Below, in pieces: positions 53,434 through 64,000 of a stretch of DNA of 64,000 nt. Under the pieces are notes generated by a model. That model did no database searches and was not told the origin of the DNA. It was given only the letters and a program-made list of their open reading frames with translations. The position numbers and the translations under genes were made by a program. This DNA comes from Blasia pusilla (taxonomy: Eukaryota): positions 12,462,001 through 12,526,000 of the forward strand of contig CM114271.1 in assembly GCA_050084515.1 (NCBI GenBank). The letters are read 5' to 3'. How positions within the stretch are numbered: the first letter of the stretch is position 1; each line of letters opens with the position of its first letter.

Positions 53434-56400
53434 ATGGCGGACACCTTGGACTCCTTCGCCAATGGCACTCAAAATGAGTAAGTTACTGGCATTGAATTAC
53501 AAGGTCCATGTACAGTTGTGAGTATTAGGAGGTTACGAGGTTCCAGATTGAAGTGTGCGTATCCGGGAAATTCGTGGCAAGATATAGGTCCGGTCCGGTC
53601 CGGTCGGGTCCAGTTCATCGTCATTTTTTAGCAAACAAGGAACACACCGTGCCATAGCATGCCCAGCCAGAGGTTTGGAATGACGGCCTCCAAGTCAACC
53701 TTGTATTTACACACATCAACGACTGCATGCGCGTTCCATGAGGCAAAGGATAGAGACGAGTTCCCCCAATTCTTATAATTCTTCAAATTATATAAGGAGC
53801 TCCACGCCGGCCATGCTATGTGGTGGTAAATATTCTCCTCAGACAAGTCGTCTGGACACCAGCAACACCTGTCAATGGCCTCATACAAGATTGTCAATCT
53901 GAATAGTAGGTCTCCACGAAATTGCACCATGCCAGAGGAAGCAAGACAGCTTCTGTGACTGCCTCAGCTCCATGATATGGTACATGGCCCAACAATAATA
54001 TAGGCACTTACTTTGTGACGGGTCCTGCTTTGCTCATCAACGGACTATTTTCTAAGACTCTGCCCACTCAAAACCTACGGCTCATTCCTCCCTCTCCAAA
54101 CGCGTACCGAGGGATTATTCAGAAAATGCGCTAGAGGATATGCCCTAAAGTAGACATTTCGTGCGAGTTGGGAATCTTTTGCTTTCGATCCACGTGCTAA
54201 GTAAAATTATGGGATTATCCTTCGTCTCCTCGAAATTGACGGGCTGTGGTCAGAAGATGCGTTCTGGGTTTCATAATACTGCCCTTCCAATGCTCAGGAG
54301 TTGAAGGGTTACGTTAAACTTGAGATCAGAAACGCAATGAAGTTTATGTCCCCAAAGAGAGGGGAGGGTAGCATCGTAGCTCCCAAAGCTGTACAATGAG
54401 GGGTCTGCATGTCCGCATCGGCTTCCTTGCATCGATGGGATAACGTTAGGGCACCAACTGCTCAATTGTGAGCTGCCAGGTTACGGAGTTCGATCATAGA
54501 ATGTTGTACAATTATAAGTGGATCCGGCTTGGCTCCTTCTCAGTCGACTTCAACGTTGTATTCACCATCAGGCCATTGAATGTGTAATGTTATAGTTATA
54601 AATTCTCATCCAGGAAAAGCGTCAATTCATTCTTTTGGCATCCCACCGAAGTAGAGGGGGCTTTGAGAAAAGCACTTGTGCGGCGAGTTTTTACCTTAGA
54701 AACGTACGGAGAATCTGTTGGGGGTTTGTATCGGACTGAGACCTTACTGCTTTTCAATCGCAGATTTGTTACTGTCTGCCTGTCCGAGATACGAAAGGAA
54801 ATGCAGTGCCCCATATGTCTCGGTAAGATAATATTCACCGAACAGAAATCAAAATCGGACATCTTCAAACCTCTGCTACACTCTTTGCTAGAAAGCTGAA
54901 ATGTTTCAGAATTTTGAAAACCCTCAAATTCGTTTACTTCTTAACAGAGATCGTCCTCTTTTCGTAGTGCTTCTCTCAGATTTCCGGTTGGAATTTTCTT
55001 CCGCTTTGGTGGTGTTTACCATACTCAATGCTCAACCCCTAAACTCTCCTTACATGATCCTATCAGGCATCATCAGAAAGACTCGCACAGTCATGGAGTG
55101 CCTACATCGGTTTTGCAGGGAATGTATTGATAAGTCAATGCGGCTTGGGTACGTTGGCCACAATCACATCAACAAGTGACTAGGTTACTGCTTGCCTGGA
55201 AACTAATAGCCTATCTAAGTGAAGTTTCTCTGAGGATATAAAATGTGAACTAGTGAAGCAATTTTTAACCACAATTGAGGCTCATAGTATTCTAGAGAAA
55301 ATTATTTTATCACTAAGCACTACCAATTTATTTGAGCACTCAAGCATTGATGCCGATGCAGGAATAATGAATGTCCTGCATGTCGAACCCATTGTGCGAG
55401 TCGAAGGTCTTTGAGAGACGATCCCAACTTTGATGCACTTATTGCTGCCTTATATCCAGACCTTGACAAATATGAGGAGGAGGTATGTCTGATAAACATG
55501 GTGGAGGCTGTGACTGCATGGTTGTCTGAGTGATTTAATTTGGTTTGAAGGAAATTTACATCTTTGTGGTCTCATTTAGTCTGGAGTTCTAAATAGAGGG
55601 GGGTGAACTCTGCCATGTCAGGAAATGGCTCTTCTTGAGGATGAAACTCGGAGGAATAAGCAGGTATGTTCCCAGGAGAATTGAAGTTTTCTTTCATTTC
55701 TGAGCAAGGGTTGGTTGTGGCTGACATGCAAGACTCCCTAACAGTGAAGGTCACACTATTTAGAAGTTATTTGCCCAGGTACTTGAAGTGGTGTTATTGG
55801 AATCTAGCTGCACAGATTCCTTCATTACTAGCAGTCTAAGCTCGCCAGATGAACTGCCATTCATGTCTTTTTTGGACTTAAACAGCCACCTGTGAGATTT
55901 TGTAGTCCAGTAAAGCCATAGCTCTTGAGGATCATGGAGGATTGTGGTTGATATCAACAGATCCAAGCTAGTATTGCTGAGACATTCAAGCGGCAATCAG
56001 AGGCAGTGGCAAGGAGGCGCACTACAGCAAAAGCCACGGCAGCAGCTATTGTCAGGAAAGCCCATGGAAAATTTCGGAGTGTGCAGAATCGGAACAGGGG
56101 CCAACCTCATGCACGGGGCACCAGGGCTCGTGGCTCCACCTTTAAGGGACCTCTCTCCCCACAGGAAGAAGAAAAAGAACTTCCTCCAATCGTTCCCCCA
56201 TCTGAGCCACCTAGCAGTTCAGCAGAGGATGTCCTGAAGGAACCTTTGAGGGAAGTCTCGAAGGGGGTAACCAAAGAGGTCGTGAAAGAGGTATCAAAAG
56301 ATCGTGCAGGATGGAGGAAACGAAGAAGGCCTCGTCATGTAGAACCAGAAAACAGTGACGATGAACCAATCAATACTGTAAATTGGAATGAAGAGGAATC

Positions 56401-58110
56401 TCATCTAGATGAGCGGAGATCTGAACCACAGAAACCTGAGAGGCGTGTCATCGACGAAGCATCTCCTCCAAATAAAGAAGGAGTCGTGACATGGGCCAGA
56501 GGAGCTCGTAGCCAAACACGCTATGGGAGTTTGAGTGGCACGAATAATAATGGAAGACATATAAATCGATGTGTTCGAGCCACTGCACTGCTTGACTTCT
56601 TGACTTCAGTCGCAAGGAAAGAAGATGAAGATGAGGTAAGTGGGCAATTTCTTCTTCACTATGTCTACCAACAACCCTTAGTATAACTATGGAAACACAA
56701 GAGTTAAGAATCTGATAATTGTGACTAGAACCTTGGCCAGTATGTAATTTGATTGTATTCTCTACCACTCATCCTTTGAAATGCAATTTCCATTCTCCGG
56801 TTGATCTCCTCAAGCTCATCATCCAAAAAGTTTTGAACATTGGTATGTGCAGAAGATAATGCTATGAAGAAACTTCCAGTACTGTATAGAAAAACATAAT
56901 TCATCTCCATCACACACTTCTCCAACCTCTGGACAGGGATTAGCATCGTCATCTTAAACTCTGTATTCATAAATAATCTATTGAAGAAGAAAATTCATGC
57001 TCTTGTTCTTTTGGTTAATAGACGGGGACTATCTTTTTCTCCTTGTGGAAACTATCCTTGTTTTACCTATGTGAGTTGCTGACTGTGTGGAAGCACACAC
57101 TTTCAAATAGTTATTGAAATCGTGGCTAGCTAGTTGGAGTAAGATTATTTGGGCGAATCTCCCAGCTGCTAAAAAATCGAGTGGAAGTCGTGTAGTTTGC
57201 CATAGGAGAAAAGGGAAATAACAAGTTCATTCCTAGATAGTATTCTCATATATTTGCTCTGCAGTACGACATCCATTTGCACTTGCAACCACTTAATGGG
57301 GAGTCTGATGACGAAGATACGCTGCCCAATCTTGAACGGCCCTATCTCTGTTGTCCACCACATATGACAGTCCAGCATCTTTGCAAGGTGAGAATTCAAA
57401 CCGAACAAATGACAGATTGTAGTGGATGGACGGAAGTTGGGATGGTTAGATTAATTATCTAACCATTATCTAAGACTCTTAACTTAGATAATTGTCAAGA
57501 CTCTTGACAATTATCTAAGGTAAGAGTCTTAGATAATTGTTAGGTTTCTTTCATAGTTTTAGAACAAAAGTATGCAGTGAGAACTCGATAGAAAGTTGGC
57601 TTATTTTTAATTTACACTCCAAGTAGTCGTCTGCTGGTTAAAAGAAACACGAGAAATCTACTAACTTCCAATTTGTATTTCTTAGCATCTTGTGAACCGA
57701 TTGTCGCCAGCGCCTGGGGGAGAGCTTGAGCTGTTGGTGGAGCGAATAAGTGGTATTGTCACAGATCAAGTTCTACCAGCTAAAGTTGCTTCATTGAGGC
57801 TGAACAAATTGGCTAGAGGCAAGACGTGGGCTGCCAGACCTGAAGGTGGCAAGATTGTAGAAGTCCTGCCCTCAAAATACACTCTGAAATACGTCCTCTC
57901 AACATGCTGGGATAAGCGAGGAGATCTGGTAAGCTCCAAATATTGACGGATGTTTCTTCACAAGCAGGACCAGTTACCGGGAATCGCAGTCCTTCTATTG
58001 GCACGTTTTCTTTCCAAATGTAAAGCGATGTACCCTTGGTCTCACGATTTAGTTTGAAGAACCTAACTCTAAGCATGCAACAGGATCTCTTGTACCGGAG
58101 GAAGTCGTAG
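53434..58110 (+). CDS. RING1: PRC1 E3 ubiquitin ligase RING1-like (RING finger plus C-terminal RAWUL-like domain)
   Basis: Exons 53434-53477, 54764-54822, 55067-55148, 55362-55482, 55622-55663, 55961-56635, 57265-57387, 57686-57928, 58084-58110, GT-AG and in phase. [58 protein letters not shown] and [18 protein letters not shown] match plant RING1a/b. The first coding exon is the least certain. Confidence 0.93.
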
Positions 58111-59915
58111 TGCAAGCAATGTGAACTCGCACAGAGTGGAACAGATCTCTACTAGATGAGGAGGAAGAAGACTTTGCTGAAGAGAAGAGAGGTAAAGAAG
58201 TGGTTGCACGGATGGGGATAGGATTACTACATGGGTCGTCACAAGACTCCTTCGGGACTAAAGCTTCTAAGGAAACATGTGTCAAAGCAAAACATTGTGT
58301 GCTGCACCTACAACTATCAACGGTGAACCCATTACTACATTCATAGATCCAGAGAACTCGTTGAGCTCCAGCTCGCCAGCATTTGTACCTACCAGCTTCA
58401 TAGAATGACTTGATCCTCCTCTCCATCATGCAAGACGTCCGAGAACTCGCTGCTGCTAACTTGTACTTGATCTATCAAAATTAATATCATGCATTGGTTT
58501 TCACCAAAATTTTGACTTCCATCGATTCTTGAAGCAAGCACTTGGTTGGCAGTGGGTGCTTGAGCGTCGTGAGAAAAAGAAATTCACTTTTTGGGCGGAG
58601 AGACTCCCTCACATTGTCACATAAAATATTTCCAAGGCCAAATTCTAAAGCAAGAGTTTGACGCGAGTTGGCAAGGGCAAGATGGCCGCCTGACCCTTAT
58701 TTGAATGTCTGGATTTTTACTTCGTAAATGGGTATGTTTTTCCACTCCACTTTTGGTTCTCCACTTGCAACCATTTCCAAAGCTCATTCTACGAACATTA
58801 TCTACTCAAGAATTTTAATTAAATTCACTTTGTCAAACTGAGAAAGTTCACAAGAGGACGAAAGTACACGTCAGTCTAAAGTATAGTGTAATCTGTAAAA
58901 TCTTTCCTGATCCACAGGTCATTTTGGTGTGTAAGAAACTCCAATTCTCTATGGTATACGTAAAATTGTATCGCGCAGACTAGTCATCTCGACAGCTCAT
59001 AACACAACTTCGCGTTCTTTTCTTCGGTTTTAGGCCACTCACGTCTCCTTTCTGTGTGAATGTTCCACTTATTCCATTACACTTTCCATATCATGTCATT
59101 TTTTCGTTTGTAGTCAATGTCCTCTTCCAGACGTTTTGGACACCTCGTACCCTAAGTGCTTACGATCAAAGTTTTTGTGTTGCCTCTTCAATTGTACTCT
59201 GAAACGAGACTTCTATCAATTTTTTCTTGGCCAGTTTATTAATGAATATTATCTACCATACGGGCAGATCTTTAAAATTAGACAAATTCCACAAGCATGG
59301 TATTACCACTCATACATGAATGGAACCTGTTAGGTGAAGGTGAGGTGGCTAATCCTAGGCTGAAGCTAAGATTAGTTACTTCCTTTGTGACGACTATTTG
59401 GCTGCACCAGCTATTATTTGTACACAGGTCACAAACAATACACATTTGAAATTTGGGCAAGTTGTGGTGCCAGGAGCCGAGCGACAAGCTGCGATCACAT
59501 CTCAGAGGCTTAATTCCAGAACAAAATCTTTAAACTGTCAGAAATAGAAGTGAGCCAGAATTTGAACTACCAATGGCACAGGATTTACTCTCCGCAAGTA
59601 GCCTACACCCAGAACATCTCTTCTAGATCTCCACCTGTCATTGTTGAGTCATTTGTACAAGGTAGCCTTTGGTTCAGGTACATTACTACAAGGAGGCAGA
59701 GCTTGTAAATTCAGTCTTCGATCTTAGCCCCACAACCGCACTGATAGTGTTATGTGGCTCTCTCCTTTTGCGAGGGCTCAATTCTACGCCTCATGAATTT
59801 GACAACCTCTTTTGGTGAGACCAGTCTTCATTGCCTTACTAGGCTCTGCTAACATGCCTGAATTCCTGTGACATGAAGGATGAATGCACTCGAACAAATC
59901 TGAAGATTCTGCTTT

Positions 59916-62900
59916 TCATAGAAGCTCTTGTATGTCATAACCTTGCAACTGCAGTAGCAACAGCAGAATATAAGTCAGTATTTAACTGACCATGACATCT
60001 CAAAATAGAAGTTCGAATAGTTGCTAGAAATGAAAAACACAACAATCCAACAAAATAAGGAGAAAAAGTCACCAAAAAAAACTTTGAATTTGACCTTTGT
60101 TTAAGGTCAAATTCAAAGACAACATTGGCCTTCCAAAGTTAATATCATTTCAATAAAGATCATCAACTTACCCGAAGTAGGGTTAACAGCACTACCACTC
60201 CCGAATTCCAGATAGAATGAATAAGCATTGGGGTAGCCAAATTGCGCGTTTGCGCATATGAAAATCCGAGTATAACACCTGAACAGAGAATAACAAAGAC
60301 TTTATTTCACCACAGCATTATGCAGGTTCGTAATTTAGCAGGGTGACATTCACAGTATAGCTGAGTCTGGAATACCATCCCCAACTTGGTCTGAAGAAGT
60401 ATTTTGTGGGAAATGCCTCTTCAATGTTCTACTTCACAATGGATCAACCAAATAGGAAACAGAAGAGACACAAGGAGAGATTCTCTCACCAAGGGCCAGA
60501 AGTTGAGGGAACTCTGCAGGTGTCAGATGAGCACCAGCAAATGCACAGGCACTGACAAAAACTGCAACTGGTGTGGGCATCCTGTCATTAAACTCCAGGG
60601 AAGCGTAATCAGTCGAGAACATCAATATTATCTTGAATTTAGGCTGCATAATCTTTAAGTATCAACATAAGAAGTGGTCTAACTGTGCATACACACACAA
60701 CCTTGAGAGTATGCAAAGATGAAATTGACACCTCAATTTCAAGAACTAAACAGTTCTTCATCCTTCTTGATGGAACCAGCCCACTAGTGATAAATATGTC
60801 AAGCAGAATTTGGATCCTAAAAACATGAACTAAAATACCCACCATTTGGTAAGAGACGTCATCAAAAACCCGCGAAAGACAGTTTCTTCAAGAAGTGGAG
60901 CTAGCACTCCCGTGACACCTATTAGAGATGCAGTGCTGGAAGAACAGAGCAAATCCATATTGACCACCTCTGTCAGCACACATCCATACTTATAAATTTC
61001 TTCGCATGTATTCTCTCCTCTAGGAGCCCACATACCATATTGGACTACAAAAAACATCGATTTGACTTTAAAAGAAAAAAGTAGTGGTACTTTAGACCAA
61101 CTCAAGCAACATATCATGTCTAAGAAAACCCTGAATCTGCAAATTAGTCCTCGATCCCATTACCATTTCATTGGTCACGTCATCACGAGACCAAGATAAA
61201 TGGTCATACCTAAGAGGTGAGGCACCAATTATAGGCATCAATTGTACCAGAGCATCTGTTTCCTGCAGTCAAGAAACTTGTCTTCAATAAAGTAGGACAA
61301 GAAAACTATAAACTTGTGAGGGTATGTTTCAAGAAATTCTTTGGTTTAAGGTGAGTCCAAATCTCTCCACAGACTTGCTACTACTTCAATCATCAAATAG
61401 TATTGATTCTTTGATTCATCAGATCCACCCTTTTATTTCCTTAATGGGTATTTTCCCACCCTGTTTAAATGCATGATTGCCTCTTCCCTTCGATTGTAGC
61501 ACAGTCTAAACTGTCACATGACAGAACGTAGCAGTCTCTCAACAACTGTCCAGAAACCAAACCCTTCACCCTAGGACTGTGAGCCACAATGGACCTCTGC
61601 TGCAGCAAGAGGAACTATTGATGAATTCAGGTCCAGTAACTGCTGATCCAGAAATGGTATGGTTATCAAGTCCACACAACTCATATACAGATCAGTGTCT
61701 GAAGCCCATATCATTCTCTTGAAATTATTAATAAAATCACAGCCAGCTACGAGGTAAGTGACTTACATCCCGTGCCGGTGGTTGACCATTTAGTGACGAT
61801 GAGAAGTAGCTAGCACAAAGCACAGCAGCAGCTGAACCCACAGTTCCAATACCTCCCCAAAGAAGCCAGCCTCGCTGCAGATTGAAAGGCGATTTCAAAT
61901 CTACACCATAGAAACAATTCTGGTCAGCCACATCACGACTACCTTGGTAAAGAAATGTAACACCCACAGTATAACTACATAACTATTGTACTTGTTATTA
62001 CATTGAACTGCACCTTGCACGCTGCATACTACTCATGCTGAATAATCCTCAACATTTTAAAATCTTACCAGAGGCATCATATAAGTTTGAGAAGAATTTC
62101 TTCAAAACTTCTTTGAGAACTGAAAGTCTGAAAGAAAATCATAGAAAGGAGAGGACTCCTCTGCTTGGTACCATCATTTCGAAACTTCCACGTTTTATCC
62201 AATTTTCAGAGTCTAATCTAGTTAAGAAAAACTTCATACATTGAGAATCAAGCAAAAAAATAGAAGCTGTAGTTACACACCAAATGAAAAAAGTCCAGGT
62301 GGAAGTGGCTTGTATTTTTTTACAGCCAAATTGATGACACCCAATCCAGTGATTGTCTGGACACTGCCAAAACAATATCATTCAGCCGAATCATTGAATG
62401 AGCATGAAACAAGAGAACAATGTTTGAAACGGAAAATCGCCTTATTGAAGGTCTACCAGACTAATGATAGGCATGAGTTTTCAGAGGTCTTCTACCAACT
62501 TTTTCTTTTGACATGGCATCAGCAACCTGTCAGGAAAAAGGTTGACTAGAGATACAGTTTAGAAACTTTCACAAAAGAAAAGACAAAGCACCAGGTGTCA
62601 AACTTCTTGTACAAATTAGTGTGCCAGACAGTGAGAAGTAGACAAAATTACAATTACACACCAAATGACAGCTACTTAATTTTTTTGAGAACAATCCACA
62701 TTGATCAAAGTTGAGAACTAACAGCTGATGAAGGAGAATATATACAGCTTGGTCATCCAAATTCATGTACTGTCTTCGCCCCACTCCAAATTGAGCACCC
62801 ACAATTGACACGAACAATCCTGTCAGCAGAAAACTGCCCTGGCAACCACAACCAATTCTTAATTGGGAACTTTGACTTGACATGAACATGACATTCTGTG

Positions 62901-63798
62901 CATCACTCGTTTTACCAAGATGACGCGGAAATCTTCAGAGACAAAAGACTATTGAATCTAAATTACACTCAAAACGCTTATGGCACACTAGAAAGCACTC
63001 TTAAGTCAAGAGAATTCAGGGGATATCCCCTGAATTCTCTGACTTCCAGGGATAGTGGCAATCATCTATGTAGGTAGTTGAAGCTTGCTGTGACACCCAG
63101 TCTTATTTGGGTCTTATGGTGAAATTACAAACCTAGCAAGATGTTTCACCAAGAATACAATGGTGAAATGACTAAGAAGTTTCAGGCTGAATCTGAGTCA
63201 CTGGTCATTGGAGAAATAACGATATAATCTGCAATCCAATGAACAATGAATGCTTATCTCAGTGTTTTGCAGCAGATTGTAATGAGAAGCTCCAATCTTG
63301 ACTAAAAATTGTTCATGGAACAGTGTGATCAAGGATGTCACAAATCCGGATAAGAAACAGAGATATGGCTTCCTTGCTCTAGTCTGAATAGATGACTGCA
63401 AGAAGAACCTTTGAACCTAGCGGAATATGTCAAGCCATAGAAAGTGGCTCGCTGCACTTGGTATCTACGTCTATGACTCAATTGACTGAGATAATGGACA
63501 AGTTTCATAACAAATCCCATTGGACCATTGCATTTGACGAGGAGAATGACAAAGTACAACCTTGTTTCGACACCGGAAGAACTAAAAATCCATGTATCCA
63601 GCTCAAAAAGATGCTTGCCAATTGCAGCTTGTGCTCCATTGGTCCATCACTCGAAGATAAAAACCATTATTAATGCAACCAAACTAGCTGACAAGGAGTG
63701 AGAAAGCACCTGATTAACCATGCAAAAATGCCCACTGACACGGTTTTGCCATCCCATGGAATATCCCAACGTTCTAGGATTGACCACGGTGCTGCCTT
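59916..63798 (-). CDS. CAAX amino-terminal protease / Abi (CPBP) family membrane protein, 5' end beyond the window
   Basis: Exons (minus): 63798-63710, 62833-62723, 62363-62281, 61900-61767, 61262-61210, 60935-60843, 60581-60490, 60278-60172, 59948-59916. Motifs WDIPW, APLLEETVFRG, FAGAH, IHSIWN, ending LQGYDIQELL*. Confidence 0.93.
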
Positions 63799-64000
63799 CT
63801 GCAATGAATTCATACCAATTGCCAACTGGAGAATTATAAGTCCATCAAGAAGACCTTCGGAGAATGGAGAAACGACCAAACTTGTTACTGATTTTTTGAG
63901 AATTGTCAGAAGTGAGGGCAGAAATAGGACAAAAGATTTTCTTTACATCGTTCTGCAGGACTTCCAGCAAATATAGATTGTCTACTGTCAAACCATTACT

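Noticed and set aside
61470-61492. Partial resemblance to miR408 (TGCCTCTTCCCT)
   Set aside because: Only ~12 nt match and no complementary arm seen nearby.

Overview
Plant nuclear DNA: spliceosomal GT-AG introns, TTTAGGG-type telomere motifs and plant-specific SDH5. The transposon content suggests a non-seed land plant such as a bryophyte, but that is inference. The left ~34.5 kb is a nest of decayed mobile DNA: retroelement debris (1-3.4 kb), a ~152-bp satellite (3.9-7.4 kb), an intron-containing DDD-type (Sola/DUF7869-like) transposase pseudogene (10.1-13.9 kb), telomere-like arrays split by a solo LTR, and a full-length Ty1/Copia element (15678-21286) carrying an antiparallel solo LTR of its own family. 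It ends with a 10.2-kb Ty3/Gypsy-type element (24291-34461), which is the standout. Its pol carries a complete but decayed DNMT3-like C5-cytosine methyltransferase between protease and RT, and a PHD finger after the integrase. Instead of two LTRs it has split direct repeats (A...B-A-B) with no visible tRNA primer site. The right half holds three host genes (SDH5, PRC1 RING1, and a CAAX-protease/Abi gene running off the window), a CRE-like LINE fragment, a related solo A+B repeat and several near-perfect intronic palindromes. All protein identities come from motif recognition by eye; no searches were run.
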